This document shows, piece after piece, positions 19,794 through 28,389 of a stretch of 64,000 nucleotides of DNA. The stretch comes from an uncultured Acidobacteriota bacterium (GTDB taxonomy: Bacteria > Acidobacteriota > Vicinamibacteria > Fen-336): the NCBI GenBank assembly GCA_963724555.1, contig CAVRVE010000004.1, positions 134,284 through 198,283 of the forward strand. The letters are read 5' to 3'. A program made the translations under genes and the position numbers. The number at the start of each line of letters is the position of its first letter. The first letter of the stretch is position 1. The notes beneath the pieces are model-generated. The model did not search any database and was not told where the DNA came from. It worked only from the letters and a program-made list of their open reading frames with translations.

Positions 19794-20540
19794 GTGCTGA
19801 CTCTCACAGGCCAGAACGCGCTCGTCACCGGCGCGAGCCGCGGCATCGGCCGCCACACCGCGCTGCTCATGGCGCGGCTCGGGGCGCGCGTCGCCGTCGC
19901 CTACGGCCGCGACGAGGCTGCGGCCAAGGAGACGCTCGGGCAGATGGGCGGAGCCGGGGTGGTGCTGGGCGCCGATCTCGCCAAGCGCGGCGAGGCGGAG
20001 CGGCTGGTGGCGCGCGCCGAGGAGGCGCTCGGCCCGCTCGACGTGCTGGTGGCGAACCACGGCATCTGGAAGCGCGCGGCGATCGAGTCGATGAGCGCCG
20101 AGCAGTGGGACGAGATGCTCGACACCAACCTCGGCGCGGTGCGCGCGCTCGTGAGCGAGGCCGCCCGGCGCATGGTCGCGCGCGGGCGCGGCTCGATCGT
20201 GCTGGTGGCGTCGACCGCCGGTCAGCGCGGCGAGCCCTTCCACAGCCACTACGCGGCGAGCAAGGGCGCGGTCATCGCGCTCACGAAATCGCTCGGCGCC
20301 GAGCTCGGGCCGCGCGGCGTGCGCGTCAACTGCGTGGCGCCCGGCTGGGTGATGACCGAGATGAGCCGCGCCGCGCTCGACGGCGCGACGGGCGACACGA
20401 TCCGGCACGCCATCCCGCTCGGCCGCCCCGGCACGCCCGGCGAGATCGCCGGCCCGATCGCGTTCCTCGCCTCCGACCTCGCGAGCTACCTGCACGGCCA
20501 GATCCTGTCGGTCAACGGCGGCGCCGTGATGATCGGCTGA
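19794..20540 (+). CDS. Short-chain dehydrogenase/reductase (FabG-like)
   Basis: ALVTGASRGIG, NHG, YAASKGA (YxxxK), PGWVMTEM. This is the 3' part of the otherwise spurious track ORF 17985..20540. Start GTG 19794 (or 19785). Confidence 0.8.
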   Translation: MLTLTGQNALVTGASRGIGRHTALLMARLGARVAVAYGRDEAAAKETLGQMGGAGVVLGADLAKRGEAERLVARAEEALGPLDVLVANHGIWKRAAIESMSAEQWDEMLDTNLGAVRALVSEAARRMVARGRGSIVLVASTAGQRGEPFHSHYAASKGAVIALTKSLGAELGPRGVRVNCVAPGWVMTEMSRAALDGATGDTIRHAIPLGRPGTPGEIAGPIAFLASDLASYLHGQILSVNGGAVMIG

Positions 20541-20550
20541 GACCAGGCCG

Positions 20551-21423
20551 CTGCGCGTCCTCGTCACCGGCGCGGGCGGGCTGCTGGGCGGGCGCCTGGC
20601 GGCGCTGCTCCACGAAAGAGGGCTCGACGTGACCGCTGCCCACCGCCACGGCAGCCCGCCGGACGGTCTGCCGGCGATCGCGGCCGACCTGGTGGACGCG
20701 GCGTCGGTCGCGCGCCTCCTCGACGCGGCGCGCCCGCAGGCGGTCGTCCACGCGGCCGTGCTGGGTCGCGCCGACCTCTGCGCGGCGCGTCCGGACGAGG
20801 CCGAGCTCGTGAACGCTCGCCTGCCCGGTCTCGTGGCCCAGGCGTGCCGGGAGCGCGGCCTGCGGCTCGTAGCACTCTCGACCGACCTCGTGTTCGACGG
20901 CGGCCGCGCCCACGTGAGCGAGAGCGATCCCGCCCACCCGCTGAGCGTCTACGGCCGCACCAAGCTCGAGGGCGAGCAGGCCGTGGTCGCCGCCTGGCCG
21001 CGGGCGGCCGTGGCGCGCGTGGCACTCGTCCATGGCCGCGGCCACGGGCCGCGCGCCACGTCGACCGAGTCGGTCCTGCGAGCGCTGCGGGCCGGGCGAA
21101 GGACCACGCTCTACACCGACGAGTACCGGACGCCCGTCGATCCCGAGTCGGTGGCCGACGCGGTGGCCCGGATCCTGGAGCGGGACGGGGATGGGCTCTA
21201 TCACCTGGGAGGCCCCGAGCGGCTCAGCCGCTTCGAGCTGGGCCGCCGCGTCGCCCGCGCCTTCGGCCTGTCCGAGGACGGCCTGGTGCCGGGAAGCCAG
21301 GCGGAGCACGCCGGGCCCGACCGCCGCGCTCCCGACGTCTCCCTCGACTCGAGCCGCGCCCGCCGCGAGCTCGGGTGGGAGCCGAGGCCGCTCGACGTCG
21401 CGATCCGGGAGAGCCGGCCCTAG
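20551..21423 (+). CDS. RmlD-like NAD(P)-dependent sugar reductase/epimerase; no canonical start codon upstream of the Rossmann motif
   Basis: LRVLVTGAGGLLGGRLA (20551-20601), STDLVFDG, YGRTKLEGE (YxxxK). The frame opens after TGA 20530-20532 and the first ATG/GTG/TTG is GTG 20629, downstream of GxxGxxG. Confidence 0.65.
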   Translation: MRVLVTGAGGLLGGRLAALLHERGLDVTAAHRHGSPPDGLPAIAADLVDAASVARLLDAARPQAVVHAAVLGRADLCAARPDEAELVNARLPGLVAQACRERGLRLVALSTDLVFDGGRAHVSESDPAHPLSVYGRTKLEGEQAVVAAWPRAAVARVALVHGRGHGPRATSTESVLRALRAGRRTTLYTDEYRTPVDPESVADAVARILERDGDGLYHLGGPERLSRFELGRRVARAFGLSEDGLVPGSQAEHAGPDRRAPDVSLDSSRARRELGWEPRPLDVAIRESRP

Positions 21424-21424
21424 G

Positions 21425-22213
21425 CTACTTCCCCGCCGGCATCCGGAACGTCAGCGCCAGGCGGCACAGCACGAACTCGTCGCCGTCGCTGATCGGCGTG
21501 AGGACGCCGGTCGCGAGCTTCGTGTTGTTGAGGAAGGTCCCGTTCATGGTCCCGATCTCCTCGGCCACGAAGGGCTTGCCCTCCTTCATCACGAAGCGCG
21601 CATGGCGGCGCGAGATGTTGCGCGCCGAGTCCTCGTTGGTGAGGTCGACCTCCGGGGTCTGCCCCGTCACCGAGTCGTAGCGTCCGATCAGGGAGTCGGT
21701 CTTGAACACCGGGAACACGTTGCCGCTCGCCTTGGAGATGAAGTAGGCGACCGCCTCGGCCTGCTGCGGTGCGGCCGGCTTCGACGAGGTCTCCGGGCCG
21801 GCGCTCTTGGGCGCGACCGGGGTCCCCTCGGCGCGCGCGGCGAGCTCCTCGATCTGCTTGGTGGTCTCGCGCAGCCGCAGCGAGTACTTGCGCAGCATGC
21901 GGACGCCGATCTCGGGGTTCGACTTCACCATGTCCCCGAAGATGTCGCTGCCGATCACGATCAGGTCGCCGTCTTCGATGATCTCGGCGCCCGCCGTGCG
22001 CGGGATGTGCTCGAGCATCGCCATCTCGCCGAAGAAGTCGCCCTTCTCCAGCACGGCGACGGTGATCTCGCCGTGAGCGACCCTCTTCTTGATCGCCACC
22101 CTGCCGGAGCGGATGATGTACATCTCCTCGCCCTCGTCGCCCTCGTTGAAGAGGACGGTTCCCTTGGTGAAGTGCTTCAGGAACTTGGCGAAGGAGTCCT
22201 TCTCGGCGCCCAT
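21425..22213 (-). CDS. Cyclic-nucleotide-binding domain + FHA domain protein
   Basis: Intact 262 aa. cNMP motif GDFFGEMAMLEHIPRTAGA. Linker PAAPQQAE. FHA motifs IGRYDS...ISRRHARF...GTMNGTFLN. Confidence 0.8.
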   Translation of the reverse strand: MGAEKDSFAKFLKHFTKGTVLFNEGDEGEEMYIIRSGRVAIKKRVAHGEITVAVLEKGDFFGEMAMLEHIPRTAGAEIIEDGDLIVIGSDIFGDMVKSNPEIGVRMLRKYSLRLRETTKQIEELAARAEGTPVAPKSAGPETSSKPAAPQQAEAVAYFISKASGNVFPVFKTDSLIGRYDSVTGQTPEVDLTNEDSARNISRRHARFVMKEGKPFVAEEIGTMNGTFLNNTKLATGVLTPISDGDEFVLCRLALTFRMPAGK

Positions 22214-22264
22214 CGTTGCGGTGCGGAGTGTAGCAGAAAGCCGCGGAGATCGAGCCCCCCGGCC

Positions 22265-23689
22265 TCAGCGCCCCCCGTGCCTCCCCTCGATCAGGTCGGT
22301 GACGTCCTCGCGGGCCGGCGCGCCCTGCAGCTGCGAGCGCTTCTGGACCTCCCGCAGCAGCGTGATCAGGAAGGTCTCGAAGCGGTGCGCGATCTGCTGC
22401 AGCGCCTGCAGGCTGCCGCACTTCAGGATCTCGATGTAGAAGAGCTCGAAGCCCGACCAGTCCCGGTACATCAGGTACTTGATGTGGTGGTCGTAGAACT
22501 CGGAGATGCGGTCCTTCATGCGCTGCGCCGCGGGGGCGTCCTTCTGCTGCTGGAAATCGTGGAGCGCCCGTACCACCTCCGCCAGGCCGTCGCGCAGCTC
22601 GACCGACTGGTCGCGCCGCGCGCTGAAGTCCGGGAAGATCCGGCCGCCGTCCACCTCGGCGTCGAAGGTCTGGGCGAGCTGGACGATCGACTGCTGGAAG
22701 CAGTCCTTGAGGATGCCGTGGCTGTTCTCGACGCGGGTCCTGACGTTGTCGGCCTGGCGGGTGACCGAGATGTCGCTGAGCTCCGTGTTCACCACCTTCT
22801 TGAGCTCGAGCGGGATGCAGTAGACGAACGAGTCGTAGACCTGGTAGAGCGGCAGCGTCGCGTCCTTGCCCCGCAGCACGCGCCGCTCGACGTAGGACAG
22901 GAGCAGGCGCGTCTCGGACACGATGAGCGCGAACAGCAGGATCGTGTCGCGCAGCACCTCCTCCGGCAGGTGCTGGGGGTCGGTGTACTCGAGGTAGTGC
23001 AGCAGCCGGAACAGCTCCAGAAACACCTTGGCGGCCTGGCGGCGCTCCACCGGGTCGGGGATCTCGCGGATCAGCCGGCTCACGGCGCGGTTGCCGATGC
23101 GGTCGTGGACGGGCTTGAACTTCTTGTCGATCAGGAGCGCCAGCAGGTCGCTGCGCCGCACTTCGCGGTAGACGATCTTGCCCACCGAGTTGAACGTCGA
23201 GTACGGCAGGCGCGAGAGCTTGACGAGGTCGAGCAGCAGCAGGTGCAGGTCCTCGAAGGACTCGCGCAGCAGCGTGAGCGCGGTCTCGGGCATCGCGTGG
23301 CGCACCAGCTTCTCGATGTAGGGGTCGAGGCCCTCCTCGGTGTTCAGGTTGGACTCGACGTAGCGGTCGAAGCGCGCGAGGTCCACCTGCTCCTCGCTCA
23401 GGATCGAGGTGGTCAGCTGGACCACCCGCAGCAGCGCGTTGTCGACGAGCCGCAGCTCCTCCGACCAGTTGCGCGCCGCCATCGCGCGCGTCTCACGGTC
23501 GGACAACGGCTGGGCGCCGATCCTGAAGAAGCGCTCGAAGCTCCGCAGCCACATCTCGAGCTCGAAGAGCTCCGCGGTCTTCCCGGCCATGGCGACCTGG
23601 TCCGTGAAGCGCCGGAGCTGGTTGCGGAGCAGCTCGGAGCGCGATTCCGGAGAGCCGCTCCTCAGGTCGTCTCCGCCGTCCCTCGGCAT
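22265..23689 (-). CDS. Hypothetical all-helical protein (474 aa), family not recognised
   Basis: Intact ORF with clear coding character (K/F/Y/I-rich for this genome). Lies 51 nt upstream of the cNMP-FHA gene on the same strand. ATG 23689. Confidence 0.7.
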   Translation of the reverse strand: MPRDGGDDLRSGSPESRSELLRNQLRRFTDQVAMAGKTAELFELEMWLRSFERFFRIGAQPLSDRETRAMAARNWSEELRLVDNALLRVVQLTTSILSEEQVDLARFDRYVESNLNTEEGLDPYIEKLVRHAMPETALTLLRESFEDLHLLLLDLVKLSRLPYSTFNSVGKIVYREVRRSDLLALLIDKKFKPVHDRIGNRAVSRLIREIPDPVERRQAAKVFLELFRLLHYLEYTDPQHLPEEVLRDTILLFALIVSETRLLLSYVERRVLRGKDATLPLYQVYDSFVYCIPLELKKVVNTELSDISVTRQADNVRTRVENSHGILKDCFQQSIVQLAQTFDAEVDGGRIFPDFSARRDQSVELRDGLAEVVRALHDFQQQKDAPAAQRMKDRISEFYDHHIKYLMYRDWSGFELFYIEILKCGSLQALQQIAHRFETFLITLLREVQKRSQLQGAPAREDVTDLIEGRHGGR

Positions 23690-23697
23690 CGCGACGG

Positions 23698-23703
23698 ATT
23701 ATA
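23698..23703 (-). promoter_or_regulatory. Consensus -10 box TATAAT 8 nt upstream of the 474-aa ORF start (leaderless-type promoter)
   Basis: Minus strand reads GGAAGGCTATAATCCGTCGCGATG. A perfect TATAAT is rare at this GC. No good -35. Confidence 0.4.
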
Positions 23704-23715
23704 GCCTTCCCGGCG

Positions 23716-23744
23716 TTGACCCTCAGACGGCGCGCCTGTACCAT
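23716..23744 (+). promoter_or_regulatory. Candidate promoter of the SxtJ-like/carbamoyltransferase operon (TTGACC-17 nt-TACCAT)
   Basis: TTGACC 23716-23721, TACCAT 23739-23744. GGAG 23764-23767 sits 10 nt before TTG 23778. Confidence 0.4.
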
Positions 23745-23777
23745 CAAGAGTTGGTTATCTAGCGGAGTTTCAGGCAG

Positions 23778-24122
23778 TTGAGCCTCCAAGACGCCTTCAT
23801 CTGGTTTGCCGGGCTGTCCCTGCGCTTCAAGGTCCTGGCTTTCGCCAGCCTCGTGGTGCTGGTCGAGCTCGGCTTTCGCCGGTTTGCCCCGAAGAGCAAG
23901 GCCTACGTGCGCTGGACGGCCTTCTTCCAGGGGATCGGCAGCGTCTGGACGGCCGTGCTGCTGTCCGTCGTCTACACCCTGTCCGTGGGCCCGATCGGGC
24001 TCCTGATCCGTCTCTTCGGCAAGGATCCGCTCGACCGCGAGCTCGCGCCCGAGCCCAGCTTCTGGCGCGCCCACGAGCCGAATCCGCTCGGCCCCGAGCG
24101 CGCCGCCCGGCACCAGTTCTGA
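23778..24122 (+). CDS. SxtJ-like small membrane protein
   Basis: 114 aa with two TM helices (VLAFASLVVLVELGF, WTAVLLSVVYTLSVGPIGLLI). Its position directly upstream of, and stop-start overlapping (TGATG), a carbamoyltransferase is as in sxtJ-type arrangements. Confidence 0.55.
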   Translation: MSLQDAFIWFAGLSLRFKVLAFASLVVLVELGFRRFAPKSKAYVRWTAFFQGIGSVWTAVLLSVVYTLSVGPIGLLIRLFGKDPLDRELAPEPSFWRAHEPNPLGPERAARHQF

Positions 24123-25879
24123 TGAGCGAGACGCCGACCTACGTCCTCGGGCTGTCGTGCTTCTACCACGACTCCGCCGCCGCCCTCCTGAAGGACGGCG
24201 TCGTGATCGCCGCCGGCCAGGAGGAGCGCTTCTCGAGGAAGCGCCACGACTCCGGCTTCCCCGAGAAGGCGATCCAGTACGTGCTGCACGAGGCGGGCAT
24301 CAAGCCGGACGAGCTCGACGCGGTCGGCTTCTACGACAAGCCGCTCCTGAAGTTCGAGCGCATGCTCTCGACCTACGTCGCCACCTTCCCGCGCTCCTTC
24401 GGCTCGTTCCGCAAGGCGATGCCGCTGTGGCTGCACGAGAAGCTGTGGGTGCCGTCGATCATCCGCAAGGAGCTCAAGCCCTACAAGGGCCCGATCCTGT
24501 TCGCCGAGCACCACATGAGCCACGCCGCCTCCTGCTTCCTGCCCTCGCCCTACGACGAGGCGGCGATCCTCACGGTCGACGGCGTCGGGGAATGGGCGAC
24601 CGCGTCCTTCGGCGTCGGCCGCGGCAGCGACATCACGCTCTTCAAGGAGATCCGCTTCCCGCACAGCCTCGGGCTGCTCTACCGCGCCTTCACCTACTAC
24701 CTCGGCTTCAAGGTGAACAGCGCCGAGTACAAGGTGATGGGCCTCGCTCCCTACGGGAAGCCGGTCCACTTCGAGCGGATCATGAAGGACATGGTCCACC
24801 TGAACGAGGACGGCTCGTTCAAGCTCAACATGAAGTACTTCTCGTACGACTACGGCCTGCGGATGACGAACGGAGCCTTCGACGACTTCTTCGGCGGCCC
24901 GCCGCGCAAGCCCGAGGCCTGGATGGCCGAGCGCGAGTTCGACATCGCGGCCTCGGTGCAGAAGGTGTGCGAGGAGGTCGTGCTGAAGATGGTGCGCCAC
25001 CTGCACCAGGAGACGGGGCTCGACAAGCTCTGCATGGCGGGCGGCGTCGCGCTCAACTGCGTGGCGAACGGCCGCGTGATCCGCGAGACCCCGATGAAGC
25101 AGCTCTGGGTCCAGCCGGCCGCGGGCGACGCGGGCGGCGCCGTGGGGGTGGCCCACTACATCTACAACACGCTCCACAAGAAGCCGCGCGCCTCGGCGTG
25201 GACTCACGCCTACCTCGGGCCGGAGTTCAGCGACGCCGAGATCGCGCGCTTCCTGGACGAGGCGGGCGCCAAGTACGAGACGCTGGCGGACGCCGAGCTC
25301 GTCAAGCGCACGGCGAAGCTCATCTCCGAGAGCAACGTGATCGGCTGGTTCCAGGGCCGCATGGAGTTCGGCCCCCGCGCCCTCGGCGGGCGCAGCATCC
25401 TGGCCGACCCCCGCGACCCGAAGATGCGGGACACGCTCAACATGAAGATCAAGTTCCGCGAGGGCTTCCGTCCGTTCGCGCCCTCGGTGCTGCTCGACAA
25501 GGCCTCCGAGTGGTTCGAGATCGACTGCGACAGCCCCTACATGCTGCTGGTCGCCCAGGTGCGCGAGGGCAAGCGCACGATCCCGTCGGTCACCCACGTC
25601 GACAACTCCGCGCGGCTGCAGACCGTGACCCGCGCCGAGGCGCCGCTCTACTACGACCTGATCCGCGAGTTCGAGCGCCTCACCGGCGTGCCGATCGTGA
25701 TCAACACCTCCTTCAACGTGCGCGGCGAGCCGATCGTGTGCACGCCTCGCGACGCCTACCTGTGCTTCATGCGCACGAACATGGACCAGCTCGTGCTGGG
25801 CCACCACCTGCTCGACAAGAAGCAGCAGCCGCCCCTGCGCGACGACGTGGACTGGCGCTCGCTCTACGAGCTAGACTGA
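24122..25879 (+). CDS. Carbamoyltransferase (NodU/CmcH family)
   Basis: Intact 585 aa: VLGLSCFYHDSAAALLKDGVVIAAGQEERFSRKRHDSGFP, MAGGVALNCVANG, EFGPRALGGRSILADP, VTHVDNSARLQTV, VINTSFNVRGEPIV. Confidence 0.9.
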   Translation: MSETPTYVLGLSCFYHDSAAALLKDGVVIAAGQEERFSRKRHDSGFPEKAIQYVLHEAGIKPDELDAVGFYDKPLLKFERMLSTYVATFPRSFGSFRKAMPLWLHEKLWVPSIIRKELKPYKGPILFAEHHMSHAASCFLPSPYDEAAILTVDGVGEWATASFGVGRGSDITLFKEIRFPHSLGLLYRAFTYYLGFKVNSAEYKVMGLAPYGKPVHFERIMKDMVHLNEDGSFKLNMKYFSYDYGLRMTNGAFDDFFGGPPRKPEAWMAEREFDIAASVQKVCEEVVLKMVRHLHQETGLDKLCMAGGVALNCVANGRVIRETPMKQLWVQPAAGDAGGAVGVAHYIYNTLHKKPRASAWTHAYLGPEFSDAEIARFLDEAGAKYETLADAELVKRTAKLISESNVIGWFQGRMEFGPRALGGRSILADPRDPKMRDTLNMKIKFREGFRPFAPSVLLDKASEWFEIDCDSPYMLLVAQVREGKRTIPSVTHVDNSARLQTVTRAEAPLYYDLIREFERLTGVPIVINTSFNVRGEPIVCTPRDAYLCFMRTNMDQLVLGHHLLDKKQQPPLRDDVDWRSLYELD

Positions 25880-25899
25880 CGGACCGGAGAGAACCGAGC

Positions 25900-26076
25900 A
25901 TGGCGTTCGAAGGATCGAGGGAAAAGGTCGGCATCCTGGGCGAGCTGTGGGCCTTCATGCGGGTCCGCAAGAAGTGGTGGCTCGGGCCGATCGTGCTCAT
26001 GCTGGCGCTCCTGGGCCTGCTGGTCGTGTTCACGCAGGGCTCCGCGATCGCCCCGTTCATTTACACGCTGTTTTAG
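25900..26076 (+). CDS. DUF5989/SxtK-like small membrane protein
   Basis: 58 aa: MAFEGSREKVGILGELWAFMRVRKKWWLGPIVLMLALLGLLVVFTQGSAIAPFIYTLF. This is the typical third member of the carbamoyltransferase trio. Confidence 0.6.
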   Translation: MAFEGSREKVGILGELWAFMRVRKKWWLGPIVLMLALLGLLVVFTQGSAIAPFIYTLF

Positions 26077-26078
26077 CC

Positions 26079-26124
26079 CTGCCCGGACGCCCCCTTGCCC
26101 TGGCCGACGGGGGCGTGCGGGCAG
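26079..26124 (+). terminator. Hairpin after the trio
   Basis: CTGCCCGGACGCCCCC (26079-26094) pairs with GGGGGCGTGCGGGCAG (26109-26124), with one mismatch and a 14-nt loop. Confidence 0.4.
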
Positions 26125-26137
26125 CCCTGGTGACTCC

Positions 26138-28389
26138 TTGCGCTTCCCCTGGCTCGCCTCCCGCGTTCCGTTTGCCCTCCTCGTTCGTCCTGGAGCTCCT
26201 CGCCTTCCAGCCTCCCCTCGACGCCGCCCCGCTCGAGAAGCTGACGATCGAGCGCATCAACTCCGAGCCCTCCCTCTCGGGCACGCTGCCCGACCCGGCT
26301 GGCCTGGCATCCGGACGGCAAGCGCCTCACCTTCCTGCGCCGCTCGGGCGAGAGCTCCAGCCTCTACGCGCTCGACGTGACGAAGGGCAGCGAGGCACGG
26401 CTCCTCGACGGCAGCACGCTCAAGGCGCCGGGCGACCAGCCGCTGCCGCTCGCGAGCGCGAGCCTGGCTCCCCGACGGGCGCACGCTGCTGGTCCCCGCG
26501 CACGGCGACATCTTCACGGTCGACGTCCGCACGTCGCAGGTGCGGACACTCGTGCAGTCGCCCGAGACCGAGGAGTACGCCGAGGCCTCGCCCGACGGGC
26601 GCTTCGTGGCGTTCGTCCGCAAGAGCGACCTCTACGTGGTCGAGGTCGAGAGCCGCGAAGGTCGTCCGGCTCACGCAGAACGGCTCCGACACGCTGCTGA
26701 ACGGCAAGCTCGACTGGGTGTACGAGGAGGAGCTGGCGTCCCGCTCCGGCCAGGGCTTCGTCTGGTCGCCCGACTCGCGGCAGATCGCCTACCTGCAGCT
26801 CGACCAGTCGCGGGTGCCGACCTTCCCGATCGTCGACTTCCTGCCGGTGCGCAACGAGGTCGAGTGGGAGCGCTACCCCAAGGCCGGCGCCCCGAACGCG
26901 ATCGTGCGCCTGGGTGTCGTGGGTCTCGACAAGGACGGCTCCCCCGGCCCCGAGCGGCTGCTGTCGTTCGATCCCGACGACGTCTACGTCCTGCCCGCAG
27001 CTCGGCTGGAGCGCCGACTCGCGCGCCGTCGCCTTCCAGCACCTGAACCGCGCCCAGGACAGCCTCGAGCTGCGCCTGCTGCCCGTGCCGGCCTCGCCGC
27101 GCGAGGCGCTCGGCACGCCCGCGGACGATCCTGACCGAGACGCTCGAAGGCCTGGGTCAACACCTTCGGCGCTCCGCGCTTCCTGAAGGACGGGCGGCGC
27201 TTCCTCTGGATGTCCGAGCGCGACGGCTACGCGCACCTCTACCTCTGCGAGCTCGCCGGCTCGTGCCGCACCGTGACCCAGGGGCCCTGGATCGTCGACG
27301 GGCGGGTGTCGTTCACCGGCTCGGGCCCCGACTTCGTGATCGACGAGCGCAGCGGCTTCGTCTACTTCAGCGCGACCGAGAAGGACCCGCGCGAGCGCCA
27401 CCTCTACCGGATCCGGCTCGACGGCACCGGGCGCACGCGGCTCACCAGGAGGACGGCACCCACCGCTGCGTCGTGGCGCCCGACGGCCGCTTCTACGCGG
27501 ACAGCTGGTCCGACGTGAAGACACCTCCGCGCGTCTGGGTGACGAGCCAGGACGCCACGCGGCGGTTCACGCTCGAGGCCAACGCCACGCCGGAGATCCT
27601 CGGCTTCGAGCGCGGCACGCTCGAATGGGTGGAGCTCAAGGCGAAGGACGGCACCCGGCCTCTACGGCTCGCTGCTCAAGCCGGCCTCCTTCGACGCCGC
27701 GCGGCGCTACCCGGTGATCGTGAGCGTCTACGGCGGCCCGCACGCGCAGACCGTCACGAACAGCTGGGGCCACGTCTCGCCGCTCGACAGCCTGCTCGCG
27801 AGCCGCGGCTTCCTGGTGTTCAAGCTCGACAACCGCGGCATGGCCGCGCGCGGCACCGCCTTCGAGTTCCCGGTCCACCTGGAGATGGGCAAGGTCGAGC
27901 TCGAGGACCAGCTGGTGGGCGTCGACTACCTGAAGTCGCTGCCCTACGTCGACCCCGCGCGGATCGGCATCACCGGCTGGTCGTACGGCGGCTACCTGAC
28001 GCTCTACGCGCTCACCCACGCGCCCGGCGTCTTCAAGGCGGCCGTCGCGGGCGCTCCGGTCACCGACTGGAAGCACTACGACACGATCTACACCGAGCGC
28101 TACATGGGGACGCCGCGAGGGCAACCCGAAGGGGTACGAGTCGAGCTCCCCGCTCCAGAAGGCGGGTGCGCTCAAGGCGGACCTGCTGCTGATCCACGGC
28201 GCTTCGGACGACAACGTCCACCTCGCCAACACGCTCGCGTTCGTCGCCGCGCTCGTCAAGGCCGGCAAGCCCTACGCGCTGCAGGTCCACCCGGGCCAGC
28301 TGCACGGCTTCCGCGCAAAGGAGGACCGCGTCGCGCGGGACCGCGCGCTCGTTTCGCACTTCGAGCGCACCTTGAAGCCCGGCAGCTAG
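26138..28389 (+). pseudogene. Dipeptidyl-peptidase IV / prolyl oligopeptidase family S9 peptidase; at least eight frame breaks as assembled; start uncertain
   Basis: DPP IV N-terminal propeller blocks (SPDGRFVAFVRKSDLYVV, NGKLDWVYEEELA, QIAYLQLDQSRVP) and the catalytic domain (GITGWSYGGYLT, LLLIHGASDDNVH, GQLHGF) are spread over track ORFs 25947..27134, 26377..26700, 26540..27046, 26914..27186, 27210..27518, 27263..28192, 27714..28484 and one more frame. Stop TAG 28387-28389. Confidence 0.8.
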
